Shown: piece by piece, positions 26,301 to 37,378 of the stretch
How the letters are laid out: the number at the start of each line of letters is the position of its first letter
How positions within the stretch are numbered: the first letter of the stretch is position 1
Source: Phoronis australis
Taxonomy: Eukaryota > Animalia > Phoronida
Assembly (NCBI GenBank): GCA_002633005.1
Contig: NMRA01000341.1
Span: 327,474-391,473, forward strand
Direction: 5' to 3'
Length of the DNA stretch: 64,000 nucleotides
The notes under the pieces: generated by a model
The model's database searches: none
The model's input: the letters and a program-made list of their open reading frames with translations, nothing else
Told to the model about the DNA's origin: nothing
Translations under genes and position numbers: made by a program

Positions 26301-29300
26301 ATATGTAACCATTGGAATGAACCTGCTTACTAAAAGAAACCCAATCACAGCGGCGAAAGATGTACTGCTACCTATAAAGAAAATAAACAGCGTGATAAGT
26401 AAATGAAACACAAGAGGAGGCAGTGTGGCCTGGTTGATAAGTGCCCGCTTTTTTACTCAATGTCGTGGGTTAGAGTCCCACCAGGTCACAGTGCTAAACC
26501 CTTGAGCCAGGTTTCTAGCTCCTCAGCTCGGTTTTAACTATATATTACTAAAGCACAAAAATAATTCCAGGTGATCAGTACACTGGGCCCACATACGAGG
26601 CCTGGGCACGTCTGCTTCAACGTGTATCAGACCGCCTGCAATTATTTTTTTTTAAATGAAACACAATGACAATACTGATGCACGGCATCAACACGCTACA
26701 TTTTTTTTAATTCATGATTTAGTAAAAATAATTCATATCTGTCCCTTGTTCATCTATGAGTGTTCTCTTCCAGCTCCGCGTATATTCCCTATCATCTGTA
26801 AACTGACGGGTCCGTTCATTAATGACCATGTTAAAAAGAAGATTTTTGTTTTGTCGAGTAAGTAGACGTGTACTGAAACGAATTTCCTGTTATTTGCTGA
26901 TACAGAATATCTACTGTATTTAGTTGGAAATTTATAAAATTAAAATGTTTCATGGATAGGCTGATCACTAGTTTGAATTTAGTCGACCTGTCTCGATTAT
27001 TGAAACCATTTGTCGTGACGTGTCCTTAGATCATAGCTTACTTAAAATTTCAGACTTCAAAATGAATGTGCATGCGCTTTTGGAAGCCTGAGAAAAGCAG
27101 CAGCGTGGGATGTGCTCGCGCACGCGCAACCTCTTAAAATATTGGAGTTTATTTCACTAAGAGAGTTCCAAGCCTGAAGAAAAGAAGCAGAAATTTACAT
27201 CAGAAGTTTTGACTTATTGCAGGCAGCATTGTCTCCTTCAACATATTTTGTGTGGTGCGCTTTCCACAGAGGCCATTTGCTTGATTGGATAGCTTTTTCC
27301 CACCCGTCTTCTACTTTGCTTCCGCCATCTCCTGCTGGTGAGCAGAGTTGCAGATTGCAAAAAATAATAATTTTAATTCTGACAGATGATATTTCCTGAA
27401 TATGGTTGAAAAATATTCTTTATTTCAACCCACAGGCAACTACAAGGACACGCTACTACAACACATCGATGAAGACCAACTTCCCGCCTTTCTGGGTGGA
27501 ACTATGACGGATCCTGACGGAAATCCACGATGTGCCACTAAGGTATTTTGGATCAGCAACCCTTTAAAAACGCAGATGTATGAACGAGAAATGCAATTAG
27601 CAACAATCGTGGAAAGTTCAAACTTACGCACTGTATTTGAGAAACATTTACTGTCAGATGTTTATTGTATGTTTCTTTCTGTTGGATTCAGCTCTGCCAA
27701 GGAGGGAAGGTACCAGAGTCGTATTACCTTAAGGACCTCACGTTGTCTGAGCATTTCAAATCCGCAAGTTTGAAGGCCGGTGGCAAGCTCAGGTTGGAAT
27801 ATGTTGTTGAAAAATCAGAAGAATCAGAGATAAAAGTATTGAGGTAACTGCTCCTGGCGGCACTTCGTTTACTCTATGATTCATGTACAATAATGCCTGT
27901 GGGATTTTATGAAAATCGCACAGCATGTACAACAAATAAAACGTACACACGGACAGTTTCATGATCACGCTCCTTTGATTACGTGTGACCGAAGAAACAT
28001 AGAATCCCACATTGCTGTAATCTTGGACACGTATCTTCATTTCCAATGTTTGAAATTTCACAATATCTGTCTATGAGTTCGCAGAATTCACGAGATCACT
28101 ATTTGAAACATGAAAATTGGCCCAGAAACAACTGAGATACTCAATTCCGTCCATTACTGTTTGATACGTAAGTAGGTATGCTCACCCGCCATTACGGTAT
28201 TGAACATGAAAAACGACGAGTTCCATTCCGAAACACGAACCACAACAATGCTTTTCAAAGATGGCGTTGCATGCATAAGTTTAACTGACTTATCCGACAG
28301 CCCACCGCCCCCGAACACTGCCCACTACCTCAGACGTTTACGTCACCATAGGCGGATTTAGAGGGGGGCTGAGACAAGATCTAAATGTGTGAAGTTTTAG
28401 TGAGTTTGGGGGGGGGGGGGNTCAAGTGTCGAATTCGGGACACGGCGGAATCGTAACGGAACATGGCTAAGTATAGGCTCTCCCGCGATATCCCAGGTGA
28501 CCGACAGTGACGCTGCGCACCAGCACTACGTTTCCGTCGTCTGCTTCACTGTGCAATGAAGAAAATTACTTCATTTTTTAAAGAAAATGGAATCTGAGTG
28601 ACGATGAAAATACAGAAGCTTCTGGTAAGAAGTCAATTTTAATCGAAGCTGAGTGATTCACTCAGAAACTCATAATTCTCTCTTTGTCAAACCTTAACTT
28701 AAGACGATTTCCAAAGCAATCGCGTGATTATTGCCAACACAAAACACGGATTTGGTCTTTTGGGCAATTGAAGACTATTTTAAATACAACAAATATGTTA
28801 AGAACTGATATCACAAAATATAAAACATGTAATAAGCATTACAATAAGAAGAAGGTTTCGCGCGCAAACGCTATGGACTATAAACAAGTAGGTCTCTTAG
28901 TATCACGTTACGAGTTAATTCGTGGTGATGAAGTGGTAAAGCGTGCGAGCTCTATCCGCCAGGTCGTGAGTTCGAGTCTGTGATACTCGCACTTTTTCCT
29001 GTGTGACATTTTCTCCGTGTTTTTTGCCTTTTTTGTCTTTTTTTTTCTCGAATAATACTTCGGGAATCAAGGAGGAAAAAACAGAAAAATTTCCTGGGCG
29101 GGAGGGGGGCAAACCCCCCTCCTGACCTCCCCCCATTCGTTGCTTTGCGCATCTACAATCATGCTTTCGGCATATGTTTTTACAGTCGAAATGTTGGGCC
29201 CACCCCTTGTGATATCCTAGATCCGCCACTGTTCTGTCTTTGTCAAACCTTAACTTAAGATGATTTTCAAAGCAATTGCGTCATTAATGCCAACACAAAA

Positions 29301-31356
29301 AACAGATTTCGTCTTTTGGACAGTTGAAGACTATTTTAAATACAACAAATTTACTGATTGCACAAAATATAAAAAAGTGTAATAAGCACAAAAAGAAGTA
29401 GGTTTCGCGCGCAAACGCTGTTGACCATAAACAAGTAGGTCTCTTAGTAATCAAATACTATTGAAATTGTGGTGGTGCAGTGGTAAAGCACGCTCGCTGA
29501 AAACGCCAGGTCGTGAGTTCGAGTCTGTGGTAAATGCAGTTTTTCAAGTTTGACACGTTCTCCTTGTTTTTTTTTTCGTGGATAATACTTCAGGAATCAA
29601 GGAAAGTGCTTGATTTCTAGAGGAAAAAACAGAAAAGTTTTCTTGGGCGGGACGGGGGCAAACCCCCCTCCCGACCTCCCCCCATTCGGTGGTATGCGCA
29701 TCTACAATCGTGCTTTGCGCAAATGTTTACAGACAAAATGTTGCCCCCCTTTTGATATCCTAGATGCGCCACTGCGTCACATAATGAATGCAGAGGAACA
29801 AGGTTCTCGTGGGTTTTGAAAGCACTGTTTTCGACAGAGTTAGACGCCCGAGTGTGTCTATGTTCGCTTATGAGAATGCCGAGGCCACCTCCTGTCGCAT
29901 CCGAAACACCTCGGGTATTTTCGTCATAGCCTTAAATTTTCTCTCTGAGATGTTTTATTCATGACGTAATGAAACACCTCCAAATGATAATTTGAGGCTT
30001 CGAAAATATACGTGGTGTTTAGGATTCTCGGTTTTGTATCGGGTAAACTCGGTACACCCGTCTTCGAACTTACTATAGTAACAGGTCGATTCAAATGGTA
30101 CGGCTTTTATATAGGTGTACGTGCATGTGTGTTTTGAGCGCAAAACGAAACTCTCTCAGAGCCAATGTATTATTTACTTGTTTCCTTATGAAAAAATATC
30201 TCATTAGCAAACTATGCACTAATTGGATTCGGTCAAACGAATGTTACACCGTCAATCTTCAGTGTCTATGCTTGTAGATACATATAGGTCAGTGTCGGCG
30301 CTCGAACATGTAGTTACAACACTACTGTTGCCAGTGGTTCTCGGTCATTGCTATTGTACAGGAATACTACGTTGTCCTAAATCCGCCAATGTTTCAGGTG
30401 GGAGTTTAAAACCGAAGAGTATGACATAGGTGTTGGACTGTCTTTGAAACCAAGCGGCTCTGATATCACCAAGGTGCTTATTCCCACGTCACGAGTCGAC
30501 AGTCACATGGTCCCGCAAGATGGCAGTTGGGAGTGCGAAGAATACGGTACATGTAAGTCCCATGTTTCTTAATATTCGTCATTGGCCGTTTATTTTGTGG
30601 TACGGTACTTTTTCACCTGTCGTAACACTCAAGATGGACAACACATTTTTCGCGTTTCTCAATGACAAAATGAACAGTGAAGAAAATTAAGTCTGTGCTG
30701 TGTAGCTGTGATAAAACAACACTTTATTGTAAATTTTCATCATCTGTAACATTGCAGTCAGTCTTTGAAAAATCAATGACCATTTTGGCAATTATTTTTG
30801 AGCGAAATGAGCGTATTGAGTGGGCCAGATTCTTTATCTTCTTCTCAAAAATCACGTCAAAACCAAGAAAACAACTGTTCCGGAAATCTTCCACGTCTCC
30901 ACTTGAGGGGATGTCGTTAGAGGTGACAAGACGTCACACCAAAGCTAGGCACATGGGGTGACTTGTTTTAGAGTAAACACTTAAAAATGTTTTTCTAGCT
31001 TTGGCCTGTTATAATACTCTTGAAAGCCCGATGGAAGTTAGGTAATCTAATTTGCGCTTTAGGACCCGGTAAAATGCGTATACTTTAATATAACTGTTTT
31101 CACATTATGCATGTGTGTACAAACTCAATACCGTAAAGATATAAGACTTGTAAGGTACCAACAGGAAGTACGTCACAGTGTTCCTTCCGTTGATCTTGGA
31201 TTTGAACTAATCCAGTAGTTCTTCTTTTCAGACATTCTAACCTTCGACAACACATTCAGTTGGGCCCGAAGTAAAAAGATTGATTACATTGTGGAGGTTT
31301 TTTCTCAAGGAATGGATGACCAAGTGATAAACATGGGTCAAGAAAATCCTCTGTGA
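10456..31356 (+). CDS. SEC14L2: SEC14-like lipid/retinoid-binding protein (CRAL-TRIO-N + CRAL-TRIO + GOLD), SEC14L2/TAP-type; 11 coding exons, 393 aa from the first in-exon ATG
   Basis: Join 10456-10491, 13240-13309, 15601-15644, 16011-16262, 19563-19638, 22232-22312, 26774-26857, 27436-27542, 27692-27843, 30398-30552, 31232-31356 = 1182 nt. All introns are GT-AG, phases are compatible and there is no internal stop. Family motifs: DDGYLLKWL-ARGFD, PPEVL..YF.GGLCGHDKEGSP, DNYPE, GGTMTDPDGNPRC, GGKVPESYY, GOLD WEFKTEEYDIG and FDNTFSWARSKK. The symbol is family-level; 1:1 orthology is not shown. Confidence 0.93.
11515..12810. mobile_element. Old MITE with ~100-bp imperfect TIRs, interrupted by an LTR-like insert
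   Basis: TCAAATTTCTGTTCGCACTATTTC...CCGCCATGTT (11566-11609) is inverted relative to AACATGGCGG...GAAATAGTGCGAACAGATATTTGA (12709-12754); outer GTCATTCCAAAAA / TTTTTGGAACGAC. Confidence 0.45.
11913..12625 (+). mobile_element. Probable Gypsy-type LTR fragment
   Basis: Starts TGTGAC; TCTAGAA/TTCCAGA motifs; CTATAAATA box at 12211 followed by a GAGTTG/AGTT-rich tract; no CA terminus or TSD found. Confidence 0.45.
13240..13309 (+). CDS. SEC14-like gene 1, exon 2 (FKSNISDAIESHHDDGYLLKWLT)
   Basis: ttacag/ acceptor, G/gtttgt donor, 70 nt, CRAL-TRIO-N motif DD.YLL.WL. Confidence 0.9.
14230..15021 (+). mobile_element. Academ-like DNA transposon relic (frameshifted XPG-nuclease-type coding fragment plus right terminus)
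   Basis: Frameshifted reading LKEDCQLISRLFISCQSRE..FFRHENQPFPAALSDGG...QKSQ...DAIIIDRSALVSALPPRTSKIFVEYA; right end CCAAATTTGGTGCTTGTATC...CTGCTGCACTA (a CTA terminus). Recognised from memory of the family. Confidence 0.6.
15601..15644 (+). CDS. SEC14-like gene 1, exon 3 (ARGFDIKEAEKMFRH)
   Basis: tttcacag/ acceptor, /gtgagt donor, 44 nt, AR.FD motif. Confidence 0.92.
16011..16262 (+). CDS. SEC14-like gene 1, exon 4 (SMEFRKTMGLD...KTMSEQ)
   Basis: gcacag/ acceptor, CAG/gtgatg donor, 252 nt; PPEVLRNYFEGGLCGHDKEGSPIY. Confidence 0.95.
16381..16546. mobile_element. Short MITE, copy 2 (same family as 4736)
   Basis: Same TIRs and internal GGCAATATC.CGCGTAATCTCGC. Confidence 0.7.
17361..18335 (-). 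mobile_element. hAT-like MITE carrying a tRNA-like segment, copy 1
   Basis: Reverse complement of 28347-29231; ends TAAATCCGCCTATG; flanks CCTTTA/TCTTTA (5/6 match); contains an N gap at 18274-18312. Confidence 0.8.
18363..18909. mobile_element. Mutator (MULE)-like MITE, copy 1
   Basis: TIRs CTCGCTG.TTCCTGCGTG / CACGCAGAGAACCAGCGAG; 9-bp TSD CAATTATGT; homologous to 46046 and 46810 in the opposite orientation. Confidence 0.8.
19563..19638 (+). CDS. SEC14-like gene 1, exon 5 (LGTKIDGLVTIIDFDQVGANLLWRP)
   Basis: Strong polypyrimidine tract ttttcttttcag/, G/gtaagg donor, 76 nt; absent from the ORF track. Confidence 0.92.
20265..20565. repeat. (CAG)n/(TAG)n trinucleotide microsatellite
   Basis: Directly visible; it explains the poly-Ala/Leu/Val ORFs. 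Confidence 0.95.
22232..22312 (+). CDS. SEC14-like gene 1, exon 6 (GLNLKLRLARILQDNYPEMVKKMFIIN)
   Basis: ttttag/ acceptor, A/gtaagt donor, 81 nt, DNYPE motif. Confidence 0.93.
22801..26094. mobile_element. 3.3-kb non-autonomous hAT-like element with a 5-bp TSD in SEC14 intron 6
   Basis: TIRs CAGCCCCGTAGCC / GGCTACGGGCCTG (1 mismatch); AGTAC on both flanks (22796-22800, 26095-26099); G/C-rich subterminal tracts. Confidence 0.75.
24426..25220. mobile_element. Nested MITE with TIRs built from tandem 16-bp units
   Basis: Left (GGTTCACTACTTCGAA)x3 variants are inverted at the right end (TTCGGAGTAGTGAACC). Confidence 0.7.
26413..26652 (+). mobile_element. tRNA-derived SINE, copy 1
   Basis: A-box-like GTGGCCTGGTTG, B-box-like GGTTAGAGTCC; body homologous to 59868-60096. 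Confidence 0.7.
26774..26857 (+). CDS. SEC14-like gene 1, exon 7 (TPRIFPIICKLTGPFINDHVKKKIFVLS)
   Basis: ctcttccag/ acceptor, A/gtaagt donor, 84 nt. Confidence 0.93.
27436..27542 (+). CDS. SEC14-like gene 1, exon 8 (SNYKDTLLQHIDEDQLPAFLGGTMTDPDGNPRCATK)
   Basis: cacag/ acceptor, AAG/gtattt donor, 107 nt. Confidence 0.95.
27692..27843 (+). CDS. SEC14-like gene 1, exon 9 (LCQGGKVPESYYLKD...IKVL)
   Basis: ttcag/ acceptor, AG/gtaact donor, 152 nt; linker and start of the GOLD domain. Confidence 0.93.
28347..29774 (+). mobile_element. hAT-like MITE with a tRNA-like segment, copy 2 plus a tandem duplication of its right part
   Basis: Starts CATAGGCGGATTTAG; right ends CTAGATCCGCCACTG (29231) and CTAGATGCGCCACTG (29774); 29232-29774 repeats ~28676-29231; CGTCAC on both flanks. 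Confidence 0.82.
29899..30010. repeat. Small hairpin-type dispersed repeat, copy 1
   Basis: CCGAAACACCTCGGGTATTTTCGT..AGCCTTAAATT ... AATTTGAGGCTTCGAAAA; related to 35121 and 58181. Confidence 0.5.
30398..30552 (+). CDS. SEC14-like gene 1, exon 10 (RWEFKTEEYDIGVG...DSHMVPQDGSWECEEYGT)
   Basis: tttcag/ acceptor, T/gtaagt donor, 155 nt; GOLD domain core; absent from the ORF track. Confidence 0.93.
31232..31356 (+). CDS. SEC14-like gene 1, last exon (YILTFDNTFSWARSKKIDYIVEVF...NPL*)
   Basis: cttcttttcag/ acceptor, GOLD FDN..S motif, TGA at 31354-31356. Confidence 0.93.
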
Positions 31357-33323
31357 GAGTTCGGGGGGGGGGGGTCGAGACTTATTGTGTTTCGGGAGCG
31401 AGTTGTTGGTCGTAAAAGAGAATTTGACATGTGGCACCTCAACTAACACAGGCCATGTTAATCAGGAAAATATTAATTGCGTTGTATGCTTACGAAATAA
31501 GAAGGGAAGAAGTGCAGGTGTTTTATTATGACTGTTTCTCAGTGTTTTATGTATGGTGTTTATTATTCGATGTTATAGTTAAAGTGTAATATTAAATGTA
31601 TACAGGTTAAAGTGAGTTGTACGAACACTGCCTTTCAAAAAACAACTGATAAAAACTTTGAAGTGATAGATCGACAACGAAACCATGAACAGTAACAACC
31701 ACAACCAGACACCCATGGCACCAACGTCAAAACAACTAACAGAATTACATTCAGGAATCAGTCAATAGGCCAATCACTGAGAAAATACCGAATAACTTGA
31801 GAACGGCAAGTTGTAGCGAGAAACTGATACTGCACGTCAGTGAGACCTTGAGGAGATCTATCTATATATCAATTTCCACAAAATTCCCTCAAACGGTCGC
31901 AATGCTAGGGCTCCGCAAGCGATTATTCTAAAAAGGTTATAAAAGCGCCACCTTGTGTTCAATTTCGCCTCAAACTAACAAACTTCAACTGAGCTTCTCA
32001 CACGATACGCAATATGTGTAAATTTCATGTTGACCTAAATGGCGAAAGACAAAGACCGGCTGAAGTGTAACGAGGAATTAGTCAAAGGAGCAGAAATCGT
32101 CCAATAAAACTCGAATAACTCGAAAACTGTAAGGCGGAGCGGCAAAATGGGCAGCCACGCTGCAGATATATAGCGCTTGCCGATATCTACCCGTATGCCA
32201 AAAGTCAGAAAGATTCGTCCATTAACGCGGGGGATACGGCACGAAAACTCATATAATTAATTTAAGAGCAGTGCACGAATAATATCGAATAACTCGAGAA
32301 CCGCAGCTGTTGAACGTAAGAACACAAGACTGCTAATGTTGCGCAAGGCCCTCTGCCAATTTGTATGTTCAATCCATGTCCTCAAATGTTTGAAGTAATT
32401 CATTGAATCTACAATAAAAAATTGCAAAATCCAAAGTATACCCAATGTCTAAATCAGTAATAGCAGTACTTGTGGTGCCCAAATTTCAGAAGTGTTTTTT
32501 TTCGTACATCGTTTATTTCTGGCTGCATTCTTGTGCCCTGGCACTGATCCTGTTTTTACTGTATATCCGTTATCCTTGACTCAGTTGAGACTGAACCTTG
32601 CTAAGTACCGGTAAAGGATGGAAATGCATAGAAAATAAACTATGGCAAACAGTGACTTATAATTGACCCGAGCTTCTTGACTATTCAAAATGGTCAACTA
32701 AAATATTCACCAACCCATATTCTTATACTATCAATAAAACTGGCCAGAGAATGGTCGAGTATTTAATTTTGTCTGAGCTCACCTGTCACAGACAAGCACT
32801 GATGAAGATGCAATTTTGAAGGAAGAACCACAGGCACATCACTGCCGGAGTAAGGATTTCTCGTGGCCTCTAAGCAATAAAAAGTGTAGGAGTGATTTCA
32901 GCTTACACCGGTCATCACAAGTTTACACACCCTGGTGGTAACAATTCATCCAGCGCTCCCCTACCTAACTTTTGAGGGTACCCGTAGCAACGACCTTAAT
33001 CCATACTTTGTGTAGGGCCCCTTTGTTTCGTGTGTACCTAATAGCTAAATTGATAATTCATCGCTGCCTTTGATCTGAAGTTCATTGACGCTCAGTTCGA
33101 GATTGAGCAAACACAGATAAACACTACGGATATACAATGAGAAACTTCATTTCAAGTACAGTACTAGTCCGTCTTTGCAAAGCTTCTTTGTAACAGTCGG
33201 AGCTAAAATCATTTCAAATTTCAAAAGATTTGTGTCCTGACCGAGGCTTGAACCTGGAACAACACAACGTATTTATCTGCACTAGCCTCAGGTACCTCGG
33301 GGGAAAACCAAGCTTTAACCAAT

Positions 33324-34304
33324 AGCGGATTTGCAGCGACGCCATATTGAAATTAGGTTAATATGGTGCATTGTGGGTGCTGTGGTCAGGATTCCGAAAG
33401 CGGCCATAGTATCAAGCATAATACGCGGTATGAGCGCGAAGAAAACTTACGGCGGATACACTTGTTGTGTTCCTGGCTGCTTCAAAAACAACAAGAGAGA
33501 TAAAAATCTGAGTTTTTATGTGTTCCCTGCAAACCAAGAACTTCGTGAAAAATGGATANNNNNNNNNNNNNNNNNNNNNNNNNNNNNNNNNNNNNNNNNN
33601 NNNNNNNNNNNNNNNNNNNNNNNNNNNNNNNNNNNNNNNNNNNNNNNNNNNNNNNNNNNNNNNNNNNNNNNNNNNNNNNNNNNNNNNNNNNNNNNNNNNN
33701 NNNNNNNNNNNNNNNNNNNNNNNNNNNNNNNNNNNNNNNNNNNNNNNNNNNNNNNNNNNNNNNNNNNNNNNNNNNNNNNNNNNNNNNNNNNNNNNNNNNN
33801 NNNNNNNNNNNNNNNNNNNNNNNNNNNNNNNNNNNNNNNNNNNNNNNNNNNNNNNNNNNNNNNNNNNNNNNNNNNNNNNNNNNNNNNNNNNNNNNNNNNN
33901 NNNNNNNNNNNNNGAACAACATTCGGACGGAGTTTCCTCTTAAAATTAACGTCTCTAGCATATCCACGGCGAAAGCTACAAAAGTTAAGCAACCCAAGAA
34001 CTCTCAACTTGTCTGAAACCGGAGGAGATTTCGAAATCAACGCCGATGAACATGACGACAGTCGTGCCCTTGGTCACACGGTCACTGATCATAGCTACGC
34101 TGTGTTTACAAACGAGAGAAAGGACTTGCTTGGTATTATAAAGCAAAAAAATGAAACATGGTTTTTAGTTTGCAAATCGCTCCAAATGCACACAGTATCC
34201 GGCCTGCTCAAGACATGCCTGACCACAAGCTATCCCATGAGCCTTCGCGAAGGAAGTAACTCGCGCATGCGCAATGCGTAATTCGTCTGCGCTGCAAATC
34301 CGCT
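33324..34304 (+). mobile_element. ISL2EU/PHIS-like THAP transposon, internally deleted (N gap 33559-33913)
   Basis: Perfect TIR AGCGGATTTGCAGCG with AT on both flanks. ATG 33430 encodes [21 protein letters not shown]...LSFYVFP...REKWI; after the gap come NNIRTEFP and DHSY. No DDE domain. Confidence 0.8.
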
Positions 34305-34407
34305 ATTAGCTATACAAGGAGACACCGGCTAACTTTGTGACACTCGTTAACAATGAAACCCCTCATTTCCTTCTGAGATTCACACTCCACCGCCTGTTGA
34401 TCGGCAT

Positions 34408-34568
34408 CAGGGGCGAATCCAGGATTTTGAGTTGGGGGAAGGGGCAAGGTAGAGTATTAGCCAGGATTTTGACCGTCAGACATTTCCACCTCCGAACTGC
34501 CAAATGGAATCTGGGAGAATTTTAGGGGGTGGCATGGCCCTTTTGACCCCTCTCTAAATCCGCCACTA
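34408..34568. mobile_element. ~160-bp hAT-like MITE, copy 1
   Basis: CAGGGGCGAATCCAG ... CTAAATCCGCCACTA; 5-bp TSD GGCAT; inverted copy at 58557. Confidence 0.8.
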
Positions 34569-35120
34569 GGCATTACTTGAAAACACTACATAAAGGCATC
34601 GGACCGGAGAGCAAAGTAGGCCTACCGACTAACATTAATCAAAGTTAAACAATGTTTATTATAGTCAAAAGGCCCTAGTGTAAAGTGTGAGGAAAATAAT
34701 TTACTTTTTTCTTGTGTGGCTGGATGAAGTATTTCTAATTCATTATTTAGAATGTTCCTGCATTTTTTAAAGTTGCACATTTTATGTAAAAACAACGTTT
34801 TTAGGTATTCGTTGTTAAGAGCGCTGCAAACAACAATAACCAACCACGGACTGAGAAAACCTTTTTGTGGTATCCGCGGTTGATGCACAGCATACATGAA
34901 CGCGTCTGGATACCCCAGTAATAACAGACATAAACAAGAATTAACAGTACATCAGGAGACAGACTTAGGATTAAGAATTTTGAGACCTGTCATGTTTTTA
35001 ACCTTCTTTTGATCAAATGATGAAGTTTACGTACTTACGAAACTCCACTGATCCGACGGTTGCTGTTAGGATTAAAGTTCGCACATATGCAGCTATGAAA
35101 ACGCCCCTGAGGGATGAAAA

Positions 35121-35300
35121 ATCCGGAACATTTCGGGTGTTTTCGTAGCCTCAAATTTCGGTCGGAGAAGAACGTTATCTGCGCGCGTGCGGATTTCAGT
35201 CGTACGACCGTATGACCGAAATTCGCACATGCTCAAGCAGATAACCGTCACCACCGAGGGGGAATTTGAGGCTACAAAAATGCCCGAGGTGTTCCAGATG
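35121..35300. repeat. Small hairpin-type dispersed repeat, copy 2
   Basis: TCGGGTGTTTTCGTAGCCTCAAATT ... AATTTGAGGCTACAAAAATGCCCGA. Confidence 0.55.
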
Positions 35301-36726
35301 GTATACCGGTAAAACGATTTTTGCAAAAATAATCAAATTGCCGAAGACTCACGCAGCGATTTACGAAAATAGGTTCTGTTAAGAATTCATATCACACTGA
35401 AATGACATTATTTGAGAATAGGTTTCAACAAACCTAGTTTACGTTAAAATTCATGTTCCATGTAATAAGTTTGGTTACTTTTTTGACCAAAGGTGTATAT
35501 ATACGCGTCTGCATTTGCTGTATTAAAAATAAACGTAGATCTCTTGGATTACATTTTACCCAGACTATTGCAATATTGGATATGTGCATGACATCGTTAA
35601 GACATTAATGTCTTCCAGAAATTAAACATGACAATGTAACAAATCATTCGGGTACAATCAAAATAAAACTTGACCAATACTAAGATATTCTGCTCGTCCA
35701 TATCTTAAATGGTTTATATTTCAAGGTACTCATCCAAAAGATTCTTACAATAGTGAAGGAACTGACGTTGTGACGACTCAGTGTTCAATATAGCAGAGCA
35801 GTGGACTAGACTGGGGAAGACTGAGATAGGTGTATTGCTACAAGTTTTACAATAGCAAGTTTTTCATATATATATTGGCGCTCTCTAGAGTAACGAGAGT
35901 GCGAAAGCGACTTTCGCTTGATCCCAACTCGGATTCGGTGGAAAGAAATTACCACACAGTGGTTCAGTAATTTAAAATAGGTCGAAACCTCCCGTCCGCC
36001 ATGAGATCTGTAGGTGATGCTGAACGCTTGTAAACCAAAAACCCTGATCGCCGTCTAGCGCCATTTCAATATGGCGCGGCTGTTTCGTATAAACAAGGTG
36101 TTAGTCGCGATACATTTCCCTGTCTGAAGCTAAAGAACACAGACCGAATCTGTGTCAGGGTAACCAAGGGGTTTGTCTACAAATTGTAGAGAAGGGATGT
36201 AGGAAGTACCCTGGGCCGGGGATTCGTTGAACGCGGGACTAGGTGACCAGCATTGGACGAAGTTGATTTATTTTCGGGCATACGCGGTGATTTGAACTTT
36301 TTTACGACCCCGAGGTGTTTATCGAATCTGACATGTGGTGACCATCTCTGGAAATACTGCTTCGGAACTGAGGTTTAATTTTGTCAACTTTCACCACTAT
36401 TTGCCTCACAAATCCTACTTTCTCATATTTTTTAGGCAACTTTTCCCCCTTTTATGAAAGCCTGTAAAGTCGGCGCTTTTTGTAGATAATCAGCAAACCA
36501 ACCGATAATTTTCAAGGCAATTATCACCAAGATGAATGCGTCTTACGTAGAAGTTTGAATAACAACATTATACCACATGTATGGCAGTATGGTCAAATTG
36601 ATCGTAGGCTATCAAAGCAACGAATCTGCTTGTTTTGTGTTAGCGAACAAAAAACGAACGCGTGTACAAAAATGCCCTCTGAGCTCAGAGCGACTCGTAT
36701 TACAATTTCCCGCCCTTCTGATGGCT

Positions 36727-37321
36727 GGTGGCACTGAATAGTTAGGCTGCGGCCGCGGCCAATTTGCACTCCCAAAATATAGAAATTTTGGGGTAGGCCA
36801 AGTTTGGGGGCATTTTGTAGGTGGGCATTGCACGTGGGCTCAGTGAATGTGGTTTGTTTGTATTTGTGAACATGCTGTGAATAAAAAAAGGCCACTTTCT
36901 TGGCTGTAGCTGCACTCTTCTTCAAGATGGCGGCCCCNAAGCCAGAATTGCAAAAAAACTAGTTGGTTGACAGTACTTTTGGACCACATTTTCTGAATCG
37001 GTAGGAAATTTGCTTTCAGACTCTAAGGTTGGTTTTAGTCGTGCATCGGCAGGGAAGTGGTGTTTTTCGGGTGAAAAGTGCCGATTTTGCATTTTTTTGC
37101 CCTTATTTTTCTTAGTCTAGCTTGGTTTTCAGTGGGAATGAAATGGTCAAAAATACGAGAAAGAATAAAGTTTCTGTGCTCATCTGCTGGGCTTTTTATG
37201 TGAAATAATTGAAAACATGCCATTCTTTGCATCCTGTTTTTGACAGAGTGAAGAAAAGGTTACAAATCAAGTGATGTGTGTTTTGCTAGGCAAAACCCAG
37301 TGAGAACTGTTCTGTGCCTCC
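36727..37321. mobile_element. ~600-bp MITE (left arm of an apparent 1.26-kb palindrome)
   Basis: Termini GGTGGCACTGAATAGTT / AACTGTTCTGTGCCTCC (17-bp imperfect TIR); reverse complement of 37379-37985. Confidence 0.8.
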
Positions 37322-37378
37322 TATAGACCTAATTCACGCGGCGGACATTAAAATCCAAAGCGAGGCTGACTGCGATAT

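Noticed and set aside
29470-29530. Functional tRNA gene
   Set aside because: A and B boxes are present but there is no convincing cloverleaf, and it is embedded in a repeated MITE.
33331-34281. 316-aa and overlapping ORFs
   Set aside because: Their length is an artefact of the N gap; only the THAP start at 33430 is real.
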